64,000 nucleotides of DNA from a virus, in the IMG/VR virus record IMGVR_UViG_3300046532_001566, positions 32,001 to 96,000 of that record. The stretch is one strand, 5' to 3'. Below are positions 44,955 through 53,806 of the stretch, one piece after another; position 1 is the stretch's first letter, and each line of letters opens with the position of its first letter. The notes under the pieces were generated by a model that saw only the letters and a program-made list of their open reading frames with translations, was not told the origin of the DNA and did no database searches. Made by a program: the position numbers and the translations under genes.

Positions 44955-45701
44955 TTAGCCAAAGATAAAACTAATAGGAGTTCCACCATCTACGTAATTT
45001 ATTAGGTCTTGATCTAATTTCTCAATTTCTGCTTGGGATTGGGCAATAAGGTCGTTACCGTTTAATGTAACACCACCACCCGGGCCTGCTAACGAACCAA
45101 ACTTACTACGAGCTTGTCCTAATGCCATTTTTGCAGTTGCTAAAGCATAATCCTTTAACCAAGGTTGGGCATGCGAGTCTGCTAATAGCATTTCATCTGG
45201 TTTATAATTATAAGTGTGTAGAATACATTCCTCGTCACTTCTAATTTTTCGTTGTAGGTGTAATTGCTTAGAAACTTCATTCCAGTTAAAGATAATATAA
45301 GCACCAAACATCTTACCCATTTGTTCTCTATAACCCATATATAATTCAAAAGTAGCAAGTCCGCCACCTCTACCAGCATTAAGCATATACATGTTTAAAT
45401 ACCCTGCCTCAAATGGCTCAAAGTCAGTTGCACTGGCAGAAATACCACCTGCGTTCCTTCTATATATTTGTCTAACCTCAATAATCTCGTTTGGCAAAGT
45501 ATATGTACTTTGTTGAGGCTGTAGTTTAAGCACTAAGAAACTTTCTTCGACTGCTCTGCTACTACGTTGGCGGTACTTGGCAACTGCTTTATCAATTGCC
45601 ATATCATAATGATCTTTATCCAACTCAACATCAATCATTCCTTCACCGAGGTTTAATTGAATATATTTTATAACTTTGTTGCGTTCTGTAGTAATTGCCA
45701 T
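44955..45701 (-). CDS. Neck protein (gp13-like)
   Basis: LG..MIDVEL, WLKDYALA..K..LG..RSKF..L.GPGG.VTLNG. Confidence 0.88.
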   Translation of the reverse strand: MAITTERNKVIKYIQLNLGEGMIDVELDKDHYDMAIDKAVAKYRQRSSRAVEESFLVLKLQPQQSTYTLPNEIIEVRQIYRRNAGGISASATDFEPFEAGYLNMYMLNAGRGGGLATFELYMGYREQMGKMFGAYIIFNWNEVSKQLHLQRKIRSDEECILHTYNYKPDEMLLADSHAQPWLKDYALATAKMALGQARSKFGSLAGPGGGVTLNGNDLIAQSQAEIEKLDQDLINYVDGGTPISFIFG

Positions 45702-45751
45702 AAATTAGCCTCCATGTTATTTATGGCAACTAGATCGAAATATATCAGTAT

Positions 45752-46966
45752 CTACTTTATAACTTTAAGCAATATAGTCTCTGGTGAGATACGTGGACGC
45801 AATCTCACCTCTGTTCCTTTAATATTACCTAAGAATTTACGCAATTCAGCTCTACTAGACGATTTCCATTTAGTAAGTTGCTCTTCAGGTTTACGCAACG
45901 TTTTAGAAATGCTCCTAGTTTCATCTTGTCCAATAATACTAGTGCTTTTAACTGTTAGATAAGACACTGTCATATCATTATGCTTTGTAGAAACAAATCT
46001 TCCTAGTTTCCTTGTTTTGGTATTATATGTCCAAAGCTCTGAACATTCTATAATATCCCTAGGATCAATACTTTTAAATTCCAGGTCGCCGAGTTTAAAC
46101 GTCTTAAGGTATTTGAGATTTCGTACAACCTTGTCTGGAGTAACTATTCTCTTCTTTGGTTTTGCTCTAGTTGAAATCTTCATCGACTTATATGCATTAG
46201 CACCATCAATAATCGACTGTATAAATTTGATGAAGTTTTTTGCATCTCGTTTGCCTAGATGTGCATATGCTTCATTTAATTGTTCACATTCACCTTTTAG
46301 GTATTCTTCTATTTCTACAATTAATGGCTTATAAAATTCAACAATCTTTGGAGCAGAATTTGCGGCTAACCCTTGTGTATTAAGAAATTTGTAAGTATCA
46401 AAACTCTTCCCTTCAAGTGTAAAATCGTCAACTGCTCCTTCAATCTCTCCAATTATTTCATATAACTGTTCTCGCAAACGATCCTGGATAGTCTCTTTAG
46501 GTACTACTCTTTTTCCCTCGATTGCTTTCTTTTCTTCAACAATAGTTAATCCTATGTTATAAAGTTCGTCTAAAATTTTATGCAAATATTCACTTAGAGG
46601 AGCAACTGTTCCCATAGTTCCTGCAAGTGATTCCCAATGTTCAATATATGCAGGGTGTGTATCTGGCCATCCTCTTGATAGCAATCTAGCACTTGCTCCT
46701 ACACTAGGTCCATACCTATTATCTGAGACTTTATTAAGAGTGCTTGCTTTATCTTTATAATCTGGATGGGCTTTTGCATAAGCAACTATCCAAGTTTTAT
46801 AATCGGAATTTTTTCGTTCCAATCGGTAATATTCAACAATACGACGGTACAGTTTGCTATATTCTGGTCCAGTAAGTGTTTCAACGTTCTCAAATTGAGG
46901 TTCACCGGTGTTTACACGCCTAGCGGCACGGGGTTTCTTCTTCTTTGTTACTTTTGGCAAGGCCAT
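45752..46966 (-). CDS. Hypothetical early protein
   Basis: 404 aa, basic, with its own early promoter. Confidence 0.6.
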   Translation of the reverse strand: MALPKVTKKKKPRAARRVNTGEPQFENVETLTGPEYSKLYRRIVEYYRLERKNSDYKTWIVAYAKAHPDYKDKASTLNKVSDNRYGPSVGASARLLSRGWPDTHPAYIEHWESLAGTMGTVAPLSEYLHKILDELYNIGLTIVEEKKAIEGKRVVPKETIQDRLREQLYEIIGEIEGAVDDFTLEGKSFDTYKFLNTQGLAANSAPKIVEFYKPLIVEIEEYLKGECEQLNEAYAHLGKRDAKNFIKFIQSIIDGANAYKSMKISTRAKPKKRIVTPDKVVRNLKYLKTFKLGDLEFKSIDPRDIIECSELWTYNTKTRKLGRFVSTKHNDMTVSYLTVKSTSIIGQDETRSISKTLRKPEEQLTKWKSSSRAELRKFLGNIKGTEVRLRPRISPETILLKVIK

Positions 46967-46999
46967 GGATTGAACTCCTATTTCTGACTAACTATAGTA

Positions 47000-47038
47000 A
47001 GTATACACTCTTTATCCCTTGGAGTCAACCTTTATTTT
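47000..47038 (-). promoter_or_regulatory. Strong early promoter, back-to-back with a plus-strand late motif at 47047-47052
   Basis: AAAATAAAGG-TTGACT-N17-TATACT; same UP element as 29351-29360. Confidence 0.75.
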
Positions 47039-47077
47039 AGATACGGTAAATACAATATAAGATACGAAGGAGTTTTT

Positions 47078-48178
47078 ATGCCAAGAATTCAGCTTTGGAA
47101 TAGCGAAAAAGGAAACGATTATCACTATCAAGATCGCCTTATACGGGAAGCCGTTAATGCCGGTGGTACGTCAATTTATGTACACAAATACCTAGGTCCT
47201 GCTTCACAAGGAGAGACTGGTGATCCTGCACAACCAAATTTATCTGCACAAGGTGATGTTTCGGAATTAGATATCCAAGACTTATTGTTTCTAGAAAATA
47301 GAGATAGGATATATGATACCACTATTTACGAATTAAGAGGAACATATAATGTTGCAGATCAAGATTTTGATTTAAGCCAATTTGGATTGTTTTTAAGTGC
47401 TGATACTGTTTTTATCACATTCCATACAAACGATATGGCCGCAATACTTGGTAGAAAACTTATGGCAGGTGATGTTATAGAGCTACCTCATTTAAATGAC
47501 GACTTGCTATTAGATGCTACTAAAAAGAGCATTAACAAATTTTATGTAGTAAATGATGCATCAAGGGCCGCAGAAGGATTTGGTCCAACATGGTGGCCTC
47601 ATTTATGGAGAATTAAGGCCGCGCCAATGATGGATGCACAAGAATACAGAGGCATACTTGGTGATCCTGAAGATGAAGACAGCTTAAAGAATTCATTAAG
47701 TACATATCAAAGAGAAATTGATATATCTGAAGCTATTATTGCATCGTCGGAAGTACTAGTACCTAACTCAGGGTTATGGGACGATTCACCATTTGCTGGA
47801 GAGAAAGAGGGTACAGAACCTACATCAATTCCAGATAGCGGACCAGTTAGTGATATAGCAGTTGGCGGGTTACCTGATAAAGGTTTAGTAAATTCAGGAC
47901 TAAGTTTCCCTAATAATGCAGAACAGCAAGAATTCTTTATAAGAAGCGATTTTGTTCCAAACAGATTATTCCAGTTTATTGGCAAGAAATGGCTTAGAGT
48001 ATTTGACAGTGTAGAAGAAGTAGGATTTGGTGGTGATTTGAGACCGAGGACAGTAGTTAATAAGTTTATCAATAATGATGCAATTACACGTTCTTCTAAT
48101 CCAGCTTCTGAAGGTGGAATAACTCCAGAAAAAGCAACGCTTTCGAAAGTGTTTAAGAAACCTAGGACAGATGACTAA
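47078..48178 (+). CDS. Neck/head-closure protein (gp14-like)
   Basis: LSQFGLF...D...ITF, GDVIELP; directly upstream of the gp15-like gene. Confidence 0.7.
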   Translation: MPRIQLWNSEKGNDYHYQDRLIREAVNAGGTSIYVHKYLGPASQGETGDPAQPNLSAQGDVSELDIQDLLFLENRDRIYDTTIYELRGTYNVADQDFDLSQFGLFLSADTVFITFHTNDMAAILGRKLMAGDVIELPHLNDDLLLDATKKSINKFYVVNDASRAAEGFGPTWWPHLWRIKAAPMMDAQEYRGILGDPEDEDSLKNSLSTYQREIDISEAIIASSEVLVPNSGLWDDSPFAGEKEGTEPTSIPDSGPVSDIAVGGLPDKGLVNSGLSFPNNAEQQEFFIRSDFVPNRLFQFIGKKWLRVFDSVEEVGFGGDLRPRTVVNKFINNDAITRSSNPASEGGITPEKATLSKVFKKPRTDD

Positions 48179-49554
48179 TGGCACAAACATATTTTTATGA
48201 TCAACAGATCCGAAGATGGCTAATACAATTTATGAGATTGTTTGGAGGCTTTTCTGTAAAGATGGGCAAGGACGAGCAGGGTGCTGATTTCTTCCAAGTA
48301 GTACCTGTTAGATATGGTGATACTAGCAGAATGGCATCACACATTATTAGAGAAAATTCGGAAAATAAAATTAATACGGTTCCATTTATATCTGTTTATA
48401 TTGCTGAATTACTTCCTAATCCTGACAGAAGATTAAATCCAACACATGTTGGTAAAGCACAAGTATTAGAAAAAAGATTTGACTCTGATCAAGGACAGTT
48501 TTTAGATGAGATTGGCGAATCATATACATTAGAAAGGGTTGCTCCTATCCCTTATGATTTAACCCTTAATGTAGATATATGGACAAGTAATACAGAACAA
48601 AAATTACAACTACTAGAACAGATACTATTATTATTCAATCCAAGTGTTAATTTACAAAGTAGTGATAATCCTTTTGATTGGACAAGTTTAGGAGTTGTTG
48701 AATTAATTAACACTACGTGGTCAGCAAGACAAATTCCAATGGGGAATGATGATATTATTGATGTGTCTAGTTTAATATATTCTTTACCAATTTACTTAAC
48801 ACCTCCAGCAAAAATTAAAAGGCAAGTTCTCATCCATAGTATATTACAATCAGTGTTTGATGATAAAGGTGACATAGGTCTCGAAAGTTTAAATCTTAAT
48901 TTTAATAACAATTCACAACGACAATGGATTACATTTGAAAATAGACATATTAAAGTAAATTCAGATAATATTGAGCTTCGTAATACTGATAATAGTAATA
49001 TTGATAAAAATCAAGGTAGTGATTTATTAGATTGGGAAGATCACTTTAATTTACACGGAGGGTTTAAGCCCGGTATTACTGAAATACGATTACGGATTGG
49101 ACCAAGTGCATCTTTTGCTGATGAGGCTGATGAGGTTATATTAGTCTGTGATAGTATAGTTTCTACTAATAAAAATTTAATAGCGTTTACATTAAATCAA
49201 GATACATTGCCAATTGATACTATTCTAAGTATTAACGGTATTATTAATCCTCAGAAATCAGAACCTGGAGTAGGTAACTTGCCAGCAGAAGCAACCGGAC
49301 AACGTTACTTACTTGTAGAAAATACCATACCATTTGACGGAGCTCCGTGGGGAACAACATTAGAAGCAAAAGAAAACGATATTGTTGAGTATAATGGCAG
49401 TGAATGGGTAGTCAGCTTCAATGCTTTGGCGGTAAACACTATAGGGTATACGACCAATGTCAACTCAGGTGAAAAACTTTACTTTGATGGTAATGAATGG
49501 GTTGTTGCAATAGAAGGAATATTTGCAGAAGGATATTGGAGGATAGTTAACTAG
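48178..49554 (+). CDS. Tail sheath stabiliser/terminator (gp15-like)
   Basis: YFYDQQIRR..IQF..LF, VPVRYG, PIPYDL, QLLEQILLLFNP. Confidence 0.85.
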   Translation: MAQTYFYDQQIRRWLIQFMRLFGGFSVKMGKDEQGADFFQVVPVRYGDTSRMASHIIRENSENKINTVPFISVYIAELLPNPDRRLNPTHVGKAQVLEKRFDSDQGQFLDEIGESYTLERVAPIPYDLTLNVDIWTSNTEQKLQLLEQILLLFNPSVNLQSSDNPFDWTSLGVVELINTTWSARQIPMGNDDIIDVSSLIYSLPIYLTPPAKIKRQVLIHSILQSVFDDKGDIGLESLNLNFNNNSQRQWITFENRHIKVNSDNIELRNTDNSNIDKNQGSDLLDWEDHFNLHGGFKPGITEIRLRIGPSASFADEADEVILVCDSIVSTNKNLIAFTLNQDTLPIDTILSINGIINPQKSEPGVGNLPAEATGQRYLLVENTIPFDGAPWGTTLEAKENDIVEYNGSEWVVSFNALAVNTIGYTTNVNSGEKLYFDGNEWVVAIEGIFAEGYWRIVN

Positions 49555-49562
49555 GTAGTATT

Positions 49563-50000
49563 ATGTTGAGAGCAGTAGGAGCGTTAATTATATGTCAAAA
49601 GACACAACGGGCAATGATGCAGTTAAGAAGCGAAGCAGAACGTCATAGTATGTGTTGGGGCTTATGGGGTGGAAAACTTATAGGCAAAGAAGGTGACTTA
49701 GAAGGACTTAAACGAGAACTTGTTGAAGAACTCGGTCATCCAGGGGTGCCTGGTACTATTGGTATTAGTCACATTTATACATTCACAACAAGAAATAGAC
49801 ATTTTAGACATGTAAGTTATGCTGTCTTATGTGAAGACGAATTTATTCCTACTTTAAATGAAGAGAGTGCCGGTTATTGCTGGGTAACATTACAATCCTG
49901 GCCAACACCTTTACATTTTAACACTGGAAAAATGTTTAAAAGTAGAGCATTTAAAGAGACATTGAAAAGTATATTGAGTGATGAATTTACGAATAATTAA
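49563..50000 (+). CDS. NUDIX hydrolase
   Basis: WGLWGGK....E......RELVEELG NUDIX box; LNEES.GY.W. Confidence 0.85.
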   Translation: MLRAVGALIICQKTQRAMMQLRSEAERHSMCWGLWGGKLIGKEGDLEGLKRELVEELGHPGVPGTIGISHIYTFTTRNRHFRHVSYAVLCEDEFIPTLNEESAGYCWVTLQSWPTPLHFNTGKMFKSRAFKETLKSILSDEFTNN

Positions 50001-50403
50001 CAATACGCCACCAATAGAGTTTTACAATGGTCCTCATAAGCAAATGATATTTACATTATGCAATGAAGAAGAATTAAACAACCCATTATTAAATCGGTTA
50101 TATAAAGAGAATGTATGTTACACAGAACGTTGGTATTTAGAATCTAGAAAATTAATCTTTGATGAGAATTGGATCCATCCAATTTTAAAAAGTATTTGTA
50201 TAGATACTGTTCTTAAAGCCAAGATTATTAAAAGTACAGTCATAGATGGAGTTATTATGAGAAATTTTCTTAATGATAAATCTCTTCCAGAATATCATAT
50301 TAGTGCTGGGATTAATTTAAAAAAATTACATAGATGGTGTGGATTTTTCTCTAGTCTTCCCGATAAAGTAGAAACTCTTGTTGCCCTAAATGGCCAATCT
50401 TAA
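49978..50403 (+). CDS. Hypothetical protein
   Basis: 141 aa, coupled to the NUDIX gene. Confidence 0.5.
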   Translation: MMNLRIINNTPPIEFYNGPHKQMIFTLCNEEELNNPLLNRLYKENVCYTERWYLESRKLIFDENWIHPILKSICIDTVLKAKIIKSTVIDGVIMRNFLNDKSLPEYHISAGINLKKLHRWCGFFSSLPDKVETLVALNGQS

Positions 50404-51001
50404 TACTTAAATTAATATCACACCATATATCGTAACCAACCTCAATAGCTTTTGTACAAAATCCCATGTCTTCACCGTGCCAACTATCTGTTAGTTCGTG
50501 CCAAGTTAAAGGAAACCATGGTGCTGGTATCTGGTTGTATACGTCAGACTTTACTAACATACACCCCATACCAGCATATTTTACTTTTTTCATAGATCCT
50601 GATATTTCTACAGGAACAACTGGATCTATATCTGCAAATGCAGTTGGATGAAACGGTTCAACTCTTTTTGAATACGTTGCACATACTATGTCTTTATTGT
50701 GATTTATTAAATCTACAATAACATCTTCAGGAAACGTCATATCACTGTCAAACCACATAACGTAATCTGCTTTATAATAATCTATTGACCGTCTAGCTAA
50801 AAATTGCCGTTGACTACTCAGTACTGTACCCAAGTCCATGATAATATCAACTTGATATCCTAGCTTCTCAGTATAACGTAATGCTTCAATTAAAAAAAAT
50901 GCAAACTCAGAATGAACCATTCCGTTTGTTGGAACACAGATAGCAATATGTTTGTTTGTATCTGTGATTTCTACTGGAGCAGTTAAATTTTTCCCAAACA
51001 C
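50351..51001 (-). CDS. Glycosyltransferase, GT-A fold (GT2-like)
   Basis: ICVPT, WFDSDM (DxD), GMGCMLVK, GEDMGFC, GHLG. Confidence 0.8.
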   Translation of the reverse strand: MFGKNLTAPVEITDTNKHIAICVPTNGMVHSEFAFFLIEALRYTEKLGYQVDIIMDLGTVLSSQRQFLARRSIDYYKADYVMWFDSDMTFPEDVIVDLINHNKDIVCATYSKRVEPFHPTAFADIDPVVPVEISGSMKKVKYAGMGCMLVKSDVYNQIPAPWFPLTWHELTDSWHGEDMGFCTKAIEVGYDIWCDINLSIKIGHLGQQEFLLYRED

Positions 51002-51003
51002 AA

Positions 51004-51543
51004 TTAGTCCTCATTAACATCGTCAGATGATTGATCAGGTGATATTTCTGCTTTTTTATTTGCAACTCTTTCAGCTCCACGTGTAGTTTTATTAACTACA
51101 TTAAGATATGTTTGAGTTTTAATAATAGTATTTTCATAAACATTAAGTGGTAGATTTAACATATCGTTCATATTAGCAGAAGTCATTTTATTAGATAGTG
51201 CTTCTACTGCCGCACGTCTTGATAAAGTTTCTGCCCAATATTCAGGCTCTGCTTCTTCAAGTGCTTCAACTAAATTATCTTTTCCAATGTCTTCTAACAG
51301 ATTGTTAATCTTGTCTTGAACAATAACCATTTCGTTTATTACTGCTTGCTTTTCCCAATCTGATCTACATGATGTTTCATAATGATTAAATAATTGGTCA
51401 ATATCTTGACATAATAGTAATACTAAACGAGGCCCTTCGGCTTCGTTGTATAAAAAATTATCTCTTTCAAATTTTGTTCTAAAAGGAATTCCAGACTGTA
51501 TTCCTCTAATTTCACCCATAATATCTTCTGCGGATTTTGACAT
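51004..51543 (-). CDS. Hypothetical helical protein
   Basis: 179 aa; AGGAG RBS. Confidence 0.6.
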   Translation of the reverse strand: MSKSAEDIMGEIRGIQSGIPFRTKFERDNFLYNEAEGPRLVLLLCQDIDQLFNHYETSCRSDWEKQAVINEMVIVQDKINNLLEDIGKDNLVEALEEAEPEYWAETLSRRAAVEALSNKMTSANMNDMLNLPLNVYENTIIKTQTYLNVVNKTTRGAERVANKKAEISPDQSSDDVNED

Positions 51544-51603
51544 AACGTCTCCTTTATAATTACTGCTAGTATATATAAGATTTTAGTGGTGGTGTTTTAC
51601 CCA

Positions 51604-51636
51604 GAAAGAGAGGAGCATAAATGCCCCCCTCTTCTT
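51604..51636 (-). terminator. Probable terminator after the fibre operon
   Basis: Minus-strand AGAGGGGGCAU-UU-AUGCUCCUCUCU followed by U-rich sequence. Confidence 0.55.
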
Positions 51637-51642
51637 AATTAA

Positions 51643-51858
51643 TTAAGATCTATTATCTGTGTCAGTTGTATCATGTGGTGCATAGTGGCCACCAAATGTT
51701 GAACTAATAGATACGGCTCCTGTTGTAATTCCAAGTGAATTACCAAGATTTGCACGAAGATGAATATAAGCACCTGCGGCAGGAAGTGAACCTGAAAAAC
51801 CTTTTCTTATTCGTCCCATTGATTTTTTGGAACCTGTTGCTGGAAATGCTCTAGCCAT
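51643..51858 (-). CDS. Small Gly-rich protein downstream of the S74-type fibre (possible fibre-tip cap)
   Basis: 71 aa, MARAFPATG..SMG.I...F...ISSTFGG; AAGGAG RBS. Confidence 0.5.
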   Translation of the reverse strand: MARAFPATGSKKSMGRIRKGFSGSLPAAGAYIHLRANLGNSLGITTGAVSISSTFGGHYAPHDTTDTDNRS

Positions 51859-51883
51859 TTTGAGCTCCTTTAGTTCTTAAAAA

Positions 51884-53689
51884 TCAATGTAAAGTCTTCT
51901 TTACATCAGCTTGTAGTTGTTCAATCATTGCTTGTTGCTCTTTCATTGCTTCAACTAAAACTGTAACTACTTTATCATATCTAATTGTTTTATAACCAGC
52001 TAATCCAGATTCACAAACTAGTTCTGGGAAAACTGCTTCAACTTCACCAGCAAGTAGGCCGATTTGGTTATCAACTCTTTCAACACCAAGTGATGCCGCT
52101 AAGTCGTTTGCTTTGTAGTTATATCCGCCCATTGCCATAACGCCTTGTAGTGCATTTTGCACTGGAACGATGTCTTTCTTAAGTCTCTCATCTGAGAAGT
52201 AAGCTGTTACTTCGCCTGTTGCTGTAATACTACCAGTAACTGCAAGAGTACCTGTATAAGATCCAGACATGGATAAAGTACCTGTTCCAGTAATTGTTCC
52301 ACCAGTTAAGCCGTTGCTTGTTGCAACAGATGTAACACCAGTTGCCGGCATGTTAATGAAATTATTACCATCTAAGTAATGAGCACTAGATAGTCCGTCT
52401 AATAAGTCAGCATCTAGTCCACTTCCGCTACCATCAACTGTTTTGATAAGTGTTAAGATTTCTGCAGATGTTTGGTCTGCTGTTGCTCCAGACTCAATAG
52501 TAGCTAATTTTGAAGTATTAGTAGCTACTGTACTTGCAGGTGCATAAAAAGCACTAGATTGACCGTCTAATAAGTCAGCGTCTAGTCCACTTCCGCTACC
52601 ATCAACTGTTTTAATTTTAGTTAAAATTTCAGTGGCAGTTTCTGCGGCCGGCATATTAGAAAAGTTGTTTGCATCTAAGTAGAAAGCTCCTTGTTGTGCG
52701 TCTAATAAGTCAGCATCTAAACCAGATGATACCCCGTCAACTGTTTTAATTTTAGTTAAAACATCTGCGGCAGTATAGGTTGTAGTTGCTACTTTAGCAT
52801 CAATTAGGTTTGTGATAGTAGTTGAGAAACTAGCGTCGTCACCAAGTGCCGCGGCTAATTCATTCAATGTATCAAGTGTTCCTGGTGCTGACGCAACTAG
52901 TGCGGCAATTTCTGAGTCAACATAGTTTTTAGTTGCACCATCTGTACTTACAGTAGGAGCTCCAAGATTACTAATTTTGTTACTATTCATGTGGATGACA
53001 TCACCAAACTCAACATTAATACCTGCAGAATCTACAATTCTGTTAGATGATTGAAGTGATAATGTACCCATAACTTGAACAGTACCAGTACCAGTTGGAG
53101 TAAGTTCTACTGAACCTGTTCCTGATGTTTCAAGACGTACATCTTGGTTAACATCTGTAGACATTGTAATAGCGCCTGAATCATCAGACAATGTTTGCTT
53201 ACCGTTAATGTATAACGAACCAGGGCCAACAAATATATCTTTGTAAGCCATAGTTGAAGAACCTAAGCTGTATGTGTTATCAGTAACTGGTAAAATATTT
53301 CTACTTGTTGCGTCACCAGTTAAAGTTAAACCAGCAAATGACGGTGAACCAGCTGTACTTACATCTTGTGATGTAGTCATTTCACCTGTTGTTGAGTTGT
53401 ATGAAAGTCCTGTTCCAGCGGAAAGTGCCGCTCTTGCTCTTGTATCTGTATAATAAAGGCTTGTTGAACCTTCTGTAACTTCGTCTGTTCCTACTACGAC
53501 AGCTCCTGATGATCCATTAACGCTTATAACTGGACCGACTTCTACGATACTAGCAGTTCCACTGACAGATTTTTTGATGTACATCTTTCCGTCATATGTA
53601 TTAATTGCTACTTCGCCTAATTCGATCTGAGACGTTGTTGGAATGTTGCTTGCCGTGGCGGATCTTTTTAAAATAATGGTATTTGCCAT
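51884..53689 (-). CDS. Tail fibre protein with C-terminal intramolecular chaperone (peptidase S74-like)
   Basis: N-terminal IILKRS...GEVAINTYDGKMY; three KTVDGSGSGLDADLLDG repeats; AYFSDERLKKDI...IGLLAGEVE..FPELV...Y.K...LVEAMKE. Confidence 0.85.
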   Translation of the reverse strand: MANTIILKRSATASNIPTTSQIELGEVAINTYDGKMYIKKSVSGTASIVEVGPVISVNGSSGAVVVGTDEVTEGSTSLYYTDTRARAALSAGTGLSYNSTTGEMTTSQDVSTAGSPSFAGLTLTGDATSRNILPVTDNTYSLGSSTMAYKDIFVGPGSLYINGKQTLSDDSGAITMSTDVNQDVRLETSGTGSVELTPTGTGTVQVMGTLSLQSSNRIVDSAGINVEFGDVIHMNSNKISNLGAPTVSTDGATKNYVDSEIAALVASAPGTLDTLNELAAALGDDASFSTTITNLIDAKVATTTYTAADVLTKIKTVDGVSSGLDADLLDAQQGAFYLDANNFSNMPAAETATEILTKIKTVDGSGSGLDADLLDGQSSAFYAPASTVATNTSKLATIESGATADQTSAEILTLIKTVDGSGSGLDADLLDGLSSAHYLDGNNFINMPATGVTSVATSNGLTGGTITGTGTLSMSGSYTGTLAVTGSITATGEVTAYFSDERLKKDIVPVQNALQGVMAMGGYNYKANDLAASLGVERVDNQIGLLAGEVEAVFPELVCESGLAGYKTIRYDKVVTVLVEAMKEQQAMIEQLQADVKKTLH

Positions 53690-53806
53690 TTGAGTATATA
53701 CTCCCGGGTAATTTTAGCACAATGAAGGTTCGTCCCTCATCTTATGTGTTTCCGTAGTTATTTATACATAAAGGTAAATTAATTGTTTGTTATATATGAA
53801 TTATTT

